64,000 bases of DNA from positions 1 to 64,000 of the forward strand of contig CBDDUX010000040.1 in the NCBI GenBank assembly GCA_965234725.1, in the 5' to 3' direction. The notes beneath the pieces are model-generated. The model ran no database searches, was not told where the DNA came from, and saw only the letters and a list, made by a program, of their open reading frames with translations. Shown here piece after piece: positions 19,478-30,400 of this stretch. How positions within the stretch are numbered: position 1 is the stretch's first letter; each line of letters begins with the position of its first letter. Position numbers and translations under genes: made by a program. This stretch comes from Thermoplasmatota archaeon (GTDB lineage Archaea > Thermoplasmatota > Penumbrarchaeia > Penumbrarchaeales > Penumbrarchaeaceae).

Positions 19478-20104
19478 ATGCCCGATGAGTTCGATTATGA
19501 AGGGCTGTTAAAGAGAGCCCATGATTCCATGCCGGAAGAAGAGGTTACCGATGAGGAGAGATGGTCGGTACCGGAACTGGATATCATGTACGAAGGCAGG
19601 ATGACCGTCTGGAAGAACTTCCAGGAGATAGTCGATTCCGTGAGAAGGGAGGCGATTCACATCCAGGGACATATACTCAGGTCCCTTGGTTCCGCCGGAT
19701 CACAGGATGGTCGAAGGCTCATTCTGAAATCCGTCATCTCCGAGGATAAGCTCAAAGAGAAAGTGGATGAGTATGTCTCCACATTCGTTATCTGCGGAGA
19801 ATGCGGAAAGCCTGATACACACCTTGTCAAGGAAGGCCGTATCAATGTAATCGAATGCATGGCCTGCGGTGCGAAGAGGCCAGTAAAGGTCAAGAAAGGT
19901 CTCCGGGCGAAGGAAAAGAAGAAGATACTCATTCCGGGTGACGAGATCGATGTCATGATCCAGGATGTCGGCAGGCTGGGTGATGGTATTGCAAAGGTCG
20001 ACAAGTTCATCATCTACGTCCCTGGTGTTGCCAAGGGTGCCGCCGTAAGGATCAAAGTTGAGAAGGTATCCGGGACGATTGTCGTAGGTCGCGTTATATC
20101 CTGA
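19478..20104 (+). CDS. eif2b: Translation initiation factor aIF-2 beta subunit with C-terminal TRAM domain
   Basis: DYEGLLKRA, T.WKNF.EI...RE..H, zinc ribbon CGECGKPDT...CMACGA, TRAM domain IQDVGRLGDGIAKVDKFIIYVPG. ATG at 19478 with GAGGT RBS. Confidence 0.93.
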   Translation: MPDEFDYEGLLKRAHDSMPEEEVTDEERWSVPELDIMYEGRMTVWKNFQEIVDSVRREAIHIQGHILRSLGSAGSQDGRRLILKSVISEDKLKEKVDEYVSTFVICGECGKPDTHLVKEGRINVIECMACGAKRPVKVKKGLRAKEKKKILIPGDEIDVMIQDVGRLGDGIAKVDKFIIYVPGVAKGAAVRIKVEKVSGTIVVGRVIS

Positions 20105-20230
20105 TCGCTACAGAGCATAATATCCCTGAGTTAATTATTGCCAAGGATTCAGGGAGATCATTTTCATCATTGCAGAGCTTGAGCTAATGATCTCAGTATT
20201 TATCGTTTAAAGATAATGTAATTTTTTTTT

Positions 20231-20264
20231 AAAAAAAAAGGCAGGCGGAAAAGACCGCCTGCCT
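20231..20264 (-). terminator. Hairpin plus U-tract terminator of the 1314-aa surface-protein gene
   Basis: Perfect 10-bp stem AGGCAGGCGG/CCGCCTGCCT (20239-20264) followed on the minus strand by a T run, 19 nt after the stop codon. Confidence 0.8.
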
Positions 20265-20282
20265 GAGTCCCTCACCTTATGA

Positions 20283-23200
20283 TTACTGGAGAGGAGACTT
20301 GCAGTTGGGACAGAGGAACCATGACGGATCAACCTGGGATCCGCAGGAGGGGCATGCGCTTCCTGGGGCGGGTTCCGGCTGGGCCTGTGTCTCCATCTGG
20401 GGAGCGGGTGCCTCATACTGTGGTGCCATCTCCTGGGTTGCAGGTGGTAGCTCCTGGGGCTGCTCCATATCAGTCTGACCTGGGGGAAGCTCGGGTGTCT
20501 CTGCTCCTGGAAGACCAGGTGCCTGTCCCGGTGGAAGTCCCATTGCATCATATCCTGCGAGCTGGCTCTGATCATACATCGCGTACTGCTGTGCAGGGGG
20601 TGCTTCCTTCTTCCTCAGGACAACAACGAGTATGACCACAACTATGATGATCACCAGGACCGCTACAATGGCCAGGATGATGAACATGGTGTTGTCATTA
20701 CTGCTGCTGCTACCACCGGTGTTGATGGGTGTATCATCATCATCAGTTTGTGTGTCATCACCGGTCTTTTCAAGGATCTCGATCCTCAGGGAGATCTTCT
20801 CTGTCTCGAACTGTCCGTCATAAGCGGACACCTGAACGGTCTTGAAGCCTTTCTTGGAATAGGTGTGATTGACATCAACTCCTTCAGAGGTTGCTCCGTC
20901 ACCGAAGTCCCATTTGTATACGATCTTATCTCCATCGGGATCAATGACCGGATCGACCCTGAAGTTGATCTCGTCTCCGATGAAGATGTCGGTCGAGGGG
21001 TTTGGGGTCGCCTTGATCGCATCTGGTGCAGGTGGTTCCTCATTCAGGTCGTTCAGAACCAGGATGATCTTGTCTGTGGCCGTATCCCCTTCTTTGTCCA
21101 TTACCTGGAAGACAAGGGTTATTTCGACAGATTTTACCCAGCCTGCAGAGGTCTTCCAGATATTCTGATCATTTGGGTTGAACCAGAACTCACCGGTATT
21201 GGGGTCTATTCCCCAGTCGATGTCCTTTGTTACTTCCATGTAAGGGAGCTGGTCCTCGAGTGAGTCTATTTCATCGCTTTCAAATTCTAAGGATTCTTCG
21301 AAGTTGACACTGAAGGTCAGTGAATCCCTCATGGATGTGGGGAGTTTCAGGTCGTCATCCTCCGCTATCGGTTTTATCCTTATTCCGCCTCCCTGGTACT
21401 GTGTATACTGCCTTGGGGTGGTTGCGGGTATGGATATCGATGGTGCGTCGTTCTTGTTCTTGACGTTGAAGTAGACAGTGAGGATGATGGTCCCGTCAGA
21501 ATCACCGTCGGAGATGGAGAAAGCCATCTTGGAGTTCTCTTTCTCAACATCGTAGTTGACAGGTGTATAGGTTACGAGACCGTCATTGTACCCTACATCA
21601 GGAGACTCCTTCCAGTTATCGGAAAGACCGTCCTCGAAATCGTATGTGAGGGTTCCCCAATCTTCCTCAGGATCGGTATCCTCGGCGATTATCTCGAATG
21701 TGAACTCCTCATCCTGGGTCATGAAGATATCATCGCTGTCCTCTATATGGAGAACCGGTCTCATCGGATCGATCTCGTTATCCACATCATATTCCATTCC
21801 ATCATAGATGATGTTGTATACCATAGGAGGATCGTTCACGGAGTTGACGAAGATCCTAGTGGTCCTGTTGATCTCGGAATGGTCGTCATAGGCCCTGATC
21901 TTGACCGGTTCCCCTTCGGAGGTCCACTGGTTATGCTTGAGGTTGATACTCATCTGCCAGATCCCGTCTACCTTGGAGATGTTAATGCTCATGAGATCGG
22001 AATCGTAGTCCGAATCCCATGCACCCTCTCCGCCGTTCAATGATTCGTTCCAGATGTTGAAACCCCTGAATTTTCTTTCGGGATCGGTAAAAGCACCCTC
22101 AAATCCTTCAAGTGGAATCATCCTCTCGGGTTCATCCTCTGTGAGTGTCGGGATCCCTTCCCAGCTATCGATTATTGAAACTGGGTCATCATCCCAAACG
22201 GTCATATTGAAGTCCCAAACGTCCAACGATCGTTTTGAGGTACGGATATCATTTAAAGGCATTTTATCGATAGCCCAAGCCCTGATCTCATGGGGAGATG
22301 GACTCTCACCTAACTGTTCTCCAAGGAAATTTATGTAGTAGACCTTTCCTGGATTGGGATCAGCATCCGTGTAATCCTTGTCCTTTGGATTGAGCGGATC
22401 TCCCTCCTCGAGAAGATCTATCGGGGTATCACCGTCGATCTCCAGCCAGATGAACAACGGTTCATCATTTTCAACATCAAGGTAGGTGACATAGATAGTG
22501 AACTCAGTCTTATAATATCCTCCGGTCTCTGCCTGGTCCCAGTCGGATTCAACACTGATATCGGCAATTTCTGGGGGGACATTCGGTTCTTTTTCATCAA
22601 TAATGAAATCGAGTGAATAATCGATGTGTCCCTGCATGATTCCACTAAACATTCCCAAAATTTGTCCTGTGGTATCGACTGCCATATTATATGTCCTTGT
22701 CGAGATTCCTATGAAAAACGATCTAGGATCGTTTCCCTGGAGTTCGGTCGGAAGATGTGTCAAATTGGAAACCAATATGTTTTCGAATTGCGGATTCTGA
22801 TTATTGAAGGCGGTGTTCATGTTCCAGACATTCATATCCGATACGCTCGGGTAGTTGAAAGTCAAGGTGATGCGACTGCCGTACCAGCCATCATCTTCGG
22901 TTCCCTCTATGTTATCGAGTCCAAAAGAATAGAAAACACGCCAGACATTAATCCAAAGGTCGGGATAGAATAATCCCGGCCACCTCATACCTCTAAAATC
23001 GATCGAGTCTTTAAATAGAGTGAAATCGGCGGTCAGGTTCCAGATTTTCTCCCTGTCCACTCCGGACAACTCGTACCAGTCGGCATTGTTCCATGCGGAA
23101 TCAACCCTTCCCCTTCCGGAAGGATCAGTAGATGTTGCATTTCTCCAGTCATTTCCCGCTCCCTCGGTGTAGGACTCGGAGAACGGATAATTGTTGAATT

Positions 23201-24227
23201 CCAGGTCGTTCTGCTGAACCTCGAATTCGTATTCAACTGTCCAATCATAATCCCTGTCCTCTTCCGCCTGAACGGTCCAAGGGAGATATTCGACTCCGAT
23301 ATAGAACCAACCCCTTTCGGTGAATGTGCCATCTGTACCGAACCCGTCAGGATCTTCTACCGTTCCCATGGAGTCGGTGGGAGTACGGAATGATAGCGTC
23401 CAGTTGTCTTCATCATTGTGGATCCATCCATCTCCCGAATCACCATCATCATAGAACATCTCTTTTCCACCCATATCAGCCCATCCGGACCATGATTTAT
23501 GGAAGAAGTAAACGTATACCATTAGGGTATCAACATAATCACTTGTCACAAATTCTCCGTCGTCCTGATATTCCTCCAGAGTCGAGTCCGGAGATGAGAA
23601 CTCTGTGAGAGTGAATGAATAGTTGTATACGCTCCCGGAACTGCCGCCTACAGGATTCACATTTCCCTGAGGAACTTGGATCTTGAACCAATCGATAAAG
23701 TCACTCTGGGGATTGACTACCGCCGAGTCTGAAAAAAATTCTCCTGTAACGGTCTCTCCGGACATGATCTTCGTTCCGTTAGCCTGGTCATCATCATCGT
23801 TCTGTTCCTCTTTGTCAGTTGCCCTGGTGGGATCCACATCCAGCATCATGGATTTGGGTATCCTGACCATGCTCGTATCGACACTGCTGGAGGAAGCCAC
23901 ATCATCAAAGGATACACCAGTTCTCAGCTGATTCGGGTCAACAGTCCTGCCAACCAGACTAGACTTATCCATCTCGAAATTGACATCATCACCGAAGATA
24001 TTCACTGCATCCTCGGAAGATACCTTCTCGATAATAGCTCCATTCTTTGCGATCGCTTTGCCGTTCACATTGCCGGCCTCATCAGTGAAATGATCGGTTT
24101 CCACGATCATTTCATCAGAACCGGTATTTGCTTCTATGTTTACTCCCGCACCTACCAGACCAGCCGGTATTATTAGCATGGCCATGAAAACAAGCGCGAA
24201 GAGAACACTCTTCCTTTTACCGTACAT
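20283..24227 (-). CDS. Large acidic cell-surface protein with cadherin/Ig-like and PKD domains, TM anchor, Pro/Gln-rich cytoplasmic tail and double zinc ribbon
   Basis: Signal peptide, V.SVNDPP / KNKNDAP cadherin-like linkers, PKD motif YKWDFGDG...HTY, TM helix, tail ending CPSCG..VDPSWFLCPNCK. Strong GGAGG RBS. Confidence 0.88.
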   Translation of the reverse strand: MYGKRKSVLFALVFMAMLIIPAGLVGAGVNIEANTGSDEMIVETDHFTDEAGNVNGKAIAKNGAIIEKVSSEDAVNIFGDDVNFEMDKSSLVGRTVDPNQLRTGVSFDDVASSSSVDTSMVRIPKSMMLDVDPTRATDKEEQNDDDDQANGTKIMSGETVTGEFFSDSAVVNPQSDFIDWFKIQVPQGNVNPVGGSSGSVYNYSFTLTEFSSPDSTLEEYQDDGEFVTSDYVDTLMVYVYFFHKSWSGWADMGGKEMFYDDGDSGDGWIHNDEDNWTLSFRTPTDSMGTVEDPDGFGTDGTFTERGWFYIGVEYLPWTVQAEEDRDYDWTVEYEFEVQQNDLEFNNYPFSESYTEGAGNDWRNATSTDPSGRGRVDSAWNNADWYELSGVDREKIWNLTADFTLFKDSIDFRGMRWPGLFYPDLWINVWRVFYSFGLDNIEGTEDDGWYGSRITLTFNYPSVSDMNVWNMNTAFNNQNPQFENILVSNLTHLPTELQGNDPRSFFIGISTRTYNMAVDTTGQILGMFSGIMQGHIDYSLDFIIDEKEPNVPPEIADISVESDWDQAETGGYYKTEFTIYVTYLDVENDEPLFIWLEIDGDTPIDLLEEGDPLNPKDKDYTDADPNPGKVYYINFLGEQLGESPSPHEIRAWAIDKMPLNDIRTSKRSLDVWDFNMTVWDDDPVSIIDSWEGIPTLTEDEPERMIPLEGFEGAFTDPERKFRGFNIWNESLNGGEGAWDSDYDSDLMSINISKVDGIWQMSINLKHNQWTSEGEPVKIRAYDDHSEINRTTRIFVNSVNDPPMVYNIIYDGMEYDVDNEIDPMRPVLHIEDSDDIFMTQDEEFTFEIIAEDTDPEEDWGTLTYDFEDGLSDNWKESPDVGYNDGLVTYTPVNYDVEKENSKMAFSISDGDSDGTIILTVYFNVKNKNDAPSISIPATTPRQYTQYQGGGIRIKPIAEDDDLKLPTSMRDSLTFSVNFEESLEFESDEIDSLEDQLPYMEVTKDIDWGIDPNTGEFWFNPNDQNIWKTSAGWVKSVEITLVFQVMDKEGDTATDKIILVLNDLNEEPPAPDAIKATPNPSTDIFIGDEINFRVDPVIDPDGDKIVYKWDFGDGATSEGVDVNHTYSKKGFKTVQVSAYDGQFETEKISLRIEILEKTGDDTQTDDDDTPINTGGSSSSNDNTMFIILAIVAVLVIIIVVVILVVVLRKKEAPPAQQYAMYDQSQLAGYDAMGLPPGQAPGLPGAETPELPPGQTDMEQPQELPPATQEMAPQYEAPAPQMETQAQPEPAPGSACPSCGSQVDPSWFLCPNCKSPLQ

Positions 24228-24428
24228 CTTATTCCTCCAACGGTTATGTCAAGAGCCTTTGAATCTTGAAGTGGGATGCTTCTTGTCGAACCAGCCTAAA
24301 CTGCAGCTCTCAACCGAACATCTATTCTTTGTATTTATAATCTTTAGACATGAAAGGGTCACTGGTTGCGTCAAGACCGATCTTTATAGAGAACCTTTTT
24401 TACCTTGAAGGGTGCTTTTGGATGTATC

Positions 24429-25229
24429 ATGGCCAAGTTGACCTTCCTCGGTACGGGGGGAGGCAGGTTTGTCACCCTCATGCAGGAACGGTCGACGGGG
24501 GGCCTATACATCGAGGACGGAGCCAGGGTCCACGTGGACCCGGGCCCGGGAGCGCTACACGCATTCAGGAGGAACAGGATAGACCCGACGAAGACAGATG
24601 CCCTGGTGATATCCCACTGCCATCCGGACCACTATGCTAACGCTGAAACCCTCATAGAGGGAATGGTGACTGGCCACAGGGGGAAAAGAGGAACCCTTGT
24701 GGGACCGAGGTCCGTGATCAAAGGAAGCGGAAGAATAGGACCCGCTGTCTCGAAATACCACCAGAACAAGCTTCAGAAGGTTCTGACAATATCCTCGGGT
24801 GACTCCTTTAATTTGAACGGTCTCGATGTAAGGGCAACACCGTCGATGCATTCCGACCCGGATGCGGTGGGATTCAGTTTCCGCACCACAGGGGGGAATA
24901 TCTCCTATGTGGCGGACACGGAACTCCGTTCGGAGATAATTAAAGCCCATCTGGATGCTAGGATCCTCATACTAGCTGTAACGAGACCTCTTCAATCCCG
25001 TATCCCACACCACCTCTCAACAGAGGATGCCGCGGTTTTTGCAGAGGAGATCAGACCTGAACTCTGCCTCCTTACACACATGGGGAAGAGGTTCCTGAAG
25101 GATGGACCCAAGAAACAGGCCCAATGGATCGCAGAAAGATCGGGTGTAAATACTGTTGCAGCGAGGGATGACATGGCGATCCATCTTGATACCGATATCA
25201 AGGTGTCACTACCTCCATTTCAGGGGTAG
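24429..25229 (+). CDS. MBL-fold metallo-hydrolase
   Basis: LTFLGTGGGRF, VDPGPG, metal motif SHCHPDH, later H, YVADT, HL and THM ligands. Confidence 0.9.
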   Translation: MAKLTFLGTGGGRFVTLMQERSTGGLYIEDGARVHVDPGPGALHAFRRNRIDPTKTDALVISHCHPDHYANAETLIEGMVTGHRGKRGTLVGPRSVIKGSGRIGPAVSKYHQNKLQKVLTISSGDSFNLNGLDVRATPSMHSDPDAVGFSFRTTGGNISYVADTELRSEIIKAHLDARILILAVTRPLQSRIPHHLSTEDAAVFAEEIRPELCLLTHMGKRFLKDGPKKQAQWIAERSGVNTVAARDDMAIHLDTDIKVSLPPFQG

Positions 25230-25371
25230 ACCGTTCAAGGGATTATCACGTTATTATTGTAATATTCCTCTCATCTTCAGCTTTACAGCGCATATCAATG
25301 ATATCAATATCTTTCAATGTAAGTCGAACCACAAAACTTATTGAATAGTACACATTCTGGGTTGCGATACC

Positions 25372-26250
25372 ATGGACAATGATGATTTTTTCGGAGATGA
25401 GCTCCGTACACAGCTGGTCTTCTTTTTCAATTTGAAAGAAGGCCTGAAGGACCTGGATGACAGGATCAGGACCACCTCCCTTTACCTTGCCAGAAAGGAC
25501 CTTGAAGGCAAGCACAGGGATGTCGATGATTGGCAGATAATATCGAGACCGGACGAATCCACAGTGACAGGAAGCAGGAACGATAATGTCGTTGTCACAG
25601 CCAGGGTCAGGACAATGAGCCTTCATGGGAAGAGCACCTTCGGTGGAAGGCAGAGTGATGCAATGAAGAGGAACATCGAAAAGCTCTCTGAAGAAGTCTC
25701 TACCTACAAGTACATGTATCTCTTGGACCCCTGGACGGTCAAAGTCGTGGAAGAGACGTTCGACACATCGAACCTCACCATACTCCCTCTTCTCAAGGAT
25801 GACATTGCCAAGGTGGTGAGGACCTCCTCAGAAGCCATGGACATGGTACATCCCGGTTTGATCGAACCTCCTACACAAATGGTCGAGGAGATAATAACAA
25901 AGGAAGATTTTACAGAGGATCGGACGATCATCTCACCAATATCCCGAACCTCGATAAGGCAGGGTTTCCTCTACATCCCCAAGGAGAAGGGAGAACTGCT
26001 GAAAGAGGGTTCGGTCACTATTTGGATTAGGAAGGATGCCTCGCTTGAATCAAAATGTATGATGTCACAGACAGGTGGTGTCAGGATCGGAGGTGGTCTG
26101 ACCAAGTGGTTCAGGTCCATCGGTCTTCAAGCGGAGGATGAACTTGTAATGGGTTCTCAGGAGGATGGGTCCCTTCTTGTTCTAATGATACGGAGGAACC
26201 AACCCTTCAGACCAGCTTCTCCTATGATAGAAACGGTGAAATGGGACTGA
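25372..26250 (+). CDS. Hypothetical protein with putative C-terminal B3/EcoRII-N-like DNA-binding pseudobarrel
   Basis: 292-aa ORF with typical codon usage; C-terminus GFLYIPK...RIGGGLTKWFRSIGLQAEDELV resembles the pseudobarrel pattern L.IP...GW..F...L..GD.L. Confidence 0.7.
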   Translation: MDNDDFFGDELRTQLVFFFNLKEGLKDLDDRIRTTSLYLARKDLEGKHRDVDDWQIISRPDESTVTGSRNDNVVVTARVRTMSLHGKSTFGGRQSDAMKRNIEKLSEEVSTYKYMYLLDPWTVKVVEETFDTSNLTILPLLKDDIAKVVRTSSEAMDMVHPGLIEPPTQMVEEIITKEDFTEDRTIISPISRTSIRQGFLYIPKEKGELLKEGSVTIWIRKDASLESKCMMSQTGGVRIGGGLTKWFRSIGLQAEDELVMGSQEDGSLLVLMIRRNQPFRPASPMIETVKWD

Positions 26251-26295
26251 TACCATTCCTGCTGTGGGGAGAAGGATACCCCGGAAGGGTAAGAC

Positions 26296-27417
26296 ATGGA
26301 ATCGTTCTCCAAAGAGACCAGGGAGTCTGTGGGCAGGATCGAGAAGAAATTAGCGGACCTCCGCAATGATCCCGAGTTCAAGGTCAGCAGTGATGATGAG
26401 CAGGATGTCTGCGACCTTGTATTGTCCGGGGGAGGAGCTAAAGGGGTTGCACAATTAGGAGCACTGTGGGCCTTTGACAAGCTTGGGATCAAGATAAAGA
26501 GACTATCAGGTACCTCTGCAGGAGCCATTAATTCATCACTTGTCGCAGCCGGTTATTCGATCCAAGAGCTATGTGAGGAGATCTTCGATCTTGATTTCAT
26601 GAACCTCAGGGATGGTTTTTGGGATCAGCACATTCCAAAGTTTGCAAGGATCGCAGCTATCTCAACCACTTACGGAATGTACAACGGTGAGAATTTTCAG
26701 ATCTGGCTGGAGGAGATGCTTGTTGAAAGGGATGCCAACACGTTCGGGAGGCTGCCTCTTGGGGATGTCGGTATGCTCGCCAAGCTCGAATCCAGGGATG
26801 CTCCCAGACTGCAGATAATGGCATCGGATATCACCCATTCATGCGAGATCATGATGCCTCGGGACCTGGTCCTTGACAGGTACGGGAACTTAAGGTCTCC
26901 CAGTTTCCCTGTAGCTGCAGCAGTTAGGATGTCGATCTCGGTCCCGTTCTTCTTCACACCTTACAAGCTGCATCAGTCCCTGGTTGTGGATGGGGCTTTT
27001 GCTTCGAACCTACCATTAGAGACCTTTGACAAACCCGACGCCTCGGATGTAAGATGGCCGACATTCGGTTTGAGCCTGGTTTCCAAAGTATACCCTTCCA
27101 TGAACACCGGCGACCTGTTCCATTTCGGATTGGCCATCTTCGATACGATGAGGTATGGTCAGTCGAGGATGTCATTTCTGGAGTATCCAACACGTATCTG
27201 CCGTTTGATGGAGATACCCACAGGAGATGTTCGGACGCTTGATTTCGGGATAACAAGGGAGCAGAAGGAACAGCTTTTCTTGAATGGGGCGAGAACGGTC
27301 CTCAAGACTTTGAAGGGAGAGGATGGGGCGGGGATCAGAAGGACCTGGAACTTCGATACATATATCAAGCTCCGCAAGAGGTGGAGCTTTCCACCCATGG
27401 ACGAGCCCTATCTTTAG
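26296..27417 (+). CDS. Patatin-like phospholipase
   Basis: LVLSGGGAKG oxyanion loop, GTSAG nucleophile elbow, AVRMSISVPFFF, VDGA catalytic Asp. Confidence 0.92.
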   Translation: MESFSKETRESVGRIEKKLADLRNDPEFKVSSDDEQDVCDLVLSGGGAKGVAQLGALWAFDKLGIKIKRLSGTSAGAINSSLVAAGYSIQELCEEIFDLDFMNLRDGFWDQHIPKFARIAAISTTYGMYNGENFQIWLEEMLVERDANTFGRLPLGDVGMLAKLESRDAPRLQIMASDITHSCEIMMPRDLVLDRYGNLRSPSFPVAAAVRMSISVPFFFTPYKLHQSLVVDGAFASNLPLETFDKPDASDVRWPTFGLSLVSKVYPSMNTGDLFHFGLAIFDTMRYGQSRMSFLEYPTRICRLMEIPTGDVRTLDFGITREQKEQLFLNGARTVLKTLKGEDGAGIRRTWNFDTYIKLRKRWSFPPMDEPYL

Positions 27418-30400
27418 ATCGGGGGTTTTGGAGGTCCTGGGATCTCTGGCATCCTGGGTGGCGGCGGAGGAGACCTGTTGGTCGGAGGGCTGGATGGTCC
27501 AACGACCGTTGGGATCTGAGGAGAAGTGTTATTCTGAACATTTTGAGCGGGTTTCTGAATCGGGGGAAGTGGCGCTCTCTGATGAAGGTTTCCGCCCCCA
27601 ACCATCTGCGCCCTCCCCTCTCGAAGAGCTCCCTGACCCATACCGTTCGCCATGGACGGTCCCTGGATGGGATGGGTGTGCATGTAATGCTGTTTCTTCT
27701 TTGTAAGGGCGAAGGCCAAAAGTATTCCGATAAAAATTACGATCAACAGGGTGATCCCCATAAGGCCGACGTATAGTATCGTATTATCAGCCTTCTCATT
27801 CACCTTTATCGTCAATGTTTTCTCTTCCCCTTCGTTCCCTGAGGAATCCCTGGCTTTGGCCTTCACCTCATAGGTTCCACCACTTCCATATTTGTGTGAG
27901 ATCGATGGGGATGATACCCATCCGGAATCGGTCCCATCACCGAAATCGATGAAATAATCCTCCACACTGAATCCATCAGTGGTCTTGGATAGATCGAAGA
28001 TGACTTCATTTTCGGCATCTGCAGATAGGGGACCTGTAAGGACAACCTGGGGGCCTACTGCATCCACAATCAGCTCCTCCGAGCGTGTATCTTCCTTGTT
28101 CCCTGCCTCATCCATGCAGTAATAAAAAAGGGTGAAGTCACCCTCCTCACCCGGAGGAAGGAGGGCTCCTCCATAGGTTGTGAAGAAGTTGCCGTCCCAG
28201 GAGTAAGATATCAATGTCCCCTCGGAAGATCTCAGGAAGATCATTGGAACATCAGTGATGATACCTTCACTATTTGGCGAGGAATCTATGGATAATGTGG
28301 TCACTTCCTTGTGTGTGTCCACCTTGAAATGGAATTGTACCTTACTCCCCTGATTACCAGCCCTGTCAATGCTGTATGTGAAAAGGGTATGCTCACCTTC
28401 AGGGATGGTCACCGGAGATGTATAGATCTGTTCAGGGACCTTGTCGATGTAATAATAGATGATCTCGCCCTCTTTACCATCGGTTGAAAGTGTGATCACG
28501 GGTTGGGAGGTATACCATCCCACGGATCCATCCGGGGTAGAAGGTTCAATGGCGGTGACCACTTTGGGTACTGTGATATCGTATGGTATCAGGATGGATG
28601 ATATTGGTCCGCTGTTGCTATGGACATCCTGGGCATAGTAGAGGAGTGTATGGTTCCCCATCGGAGGTTCGAAGGGATCATCATATTCCACCCAATCCTC
28701 ACCTCCATTCCAGCTGTAGAACATATCGGCGGTCCTATCGCTGCAATCCAGTTCCACTACCATGGGTTCGGTGTACCATCCCAATGAGTTGGGGATGTCG
28801 CCGCCCAGGTCGATCTCAGCAATTGGAAAAATGGAATCAACCTTGAATTCCAGCGTGATCTCCGTATCCCTGTTCCCGGCATCATCCAGGGCCTGGAGGT
28901 GAAGTTCATTCTCACCCTGGATAGCATGGATCGTTCCGTTGGAGACCTCTTTCGTTCCTCTTCCCCACCAGAAATCGACCCTCTGGGGAGATGCTTCGTC
29001 ACCTGATGCAGAGGTCTCTATGATCGGAAGTGTGCTGTACCATCCGTCGGTACCATCGGGTGACTCTGGAGTGACGGTGTAGGCTAATTTCGGGGTGTCG
29101 GGATCGAACTTCACTACCGTGGATTTTTTCACCTCTATATTGCCGGAAAGGTCCTCGGTCCAGTATCCAAGAGTGCTTTCGCCTTTGGGGATGAGAACAT
29201 CACCGGAGAATTCGAATTCCTGGCCTCCATTCCATTCGTATCGGATGGTTCCGGGTTCGTTACATGAGAATCCGATACCGGGATCGTTCTTGTACCATCC
29301 CCTTTCCCCATCCGGATAGGGCCAATCGAAATCGATCGTGGTCACCGGCGGTGTGTCATCGGTGAGATAGTACTCATTCTGGAATGGTTTGAAGTTCTCT
29401 TTGGTAACGGTCACATAGCCGTAAGCTGGACCTGATATCTCAAAGGGAACGACCGCCTTTCCAGACCCGTCGGTTTCCACCTTTGAGGATCGGTCGAGTG
29501 ATTCAGAATAAACAGCCACAATGGCTTCCTTGACTGGAATTCCCGAACCATCTTTGACCATTACAGTGAAATTGGAATAATGGTCATTGATATAATCAAC
29601 GGTGACAGTGAAGGTTGAGATATCCTCGGTCCAGATCATGGTCTCCGGAGAACCCAGAAGGTTGTGTTCGAGCCAGGCATTATAGAACCACTGCTGTTGT
29701 GTGAAATATGCACCCCATTCGTCTACATATGATTCCTTTGCCCTGTGGAATATCTCACCCTGGGACCTGTAACCGTTTTTCATCTGAAGAAGAAGGGCCT
29801 GCTGTATGCCGGGTGCTCCAGGAAGTTCTCCGGTGTATCCTATTCCACCCTCTGTTGTCCTTGAAGCTCCGACATAACCTATGGCACCGCCCTTATCGTT
29901 CTCTATGAACTCTTCGGAGATGGATTCCCAATTGCCGTTATCATACCAGTTCGTCTCGCATGACATCGCAGAGATGAATGGTAACCGTGGAGATTGGGTA
30001 AGGTCCGAGGCCTCGTTGGTGGTGAAGATCAAAGTGGAATCCTCCTGTGTACCCTCAGACCAAAGGTTAGCCAGTCCATGACCCATGTAAACAACTGTGG
30101 ATAATCCGGAGTTGAAACCGTTCCAGATGTTGTTGTAATTAAGGACCTTGGCACCTGTCCCCGTTTGTGTGTTACCGGGAGAATAATATTTGTCCGGGGT
30201 TTCATAGACATATTTCAGGTAATCAGACCAGTAGTATTCACACTGGGTGGGCCCGTCATCATATGAATGGGTCGTGGAACCGAAAAGACCGACAGTTGAG
30301 GTCCAATCCCCTATCTCAGGATTCTTCTCGTATCTTACTACCTTCTTGGCCCAGTCCGCTGTTTCTTTGTCATTATCAACTGAAACCCTGCTGACATATA

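Noticed and set aside
20123-20194. Two overlapping inverted repeats (TCCCTGA/TCAGGGA; GAGATCATT/AATGATCTC) between convergent genes
   Set aside because: Short stems with long loops; cannot be distinguished from chance or ordinary 3'-end structure.
24429-27417. CBASS/Pycsar-like defence system (MBL hydrolase plus patatin)
   Set aside because: No nucleotide cyclase, and the MBL protein looks like a conserved archaeal housekeeping family.
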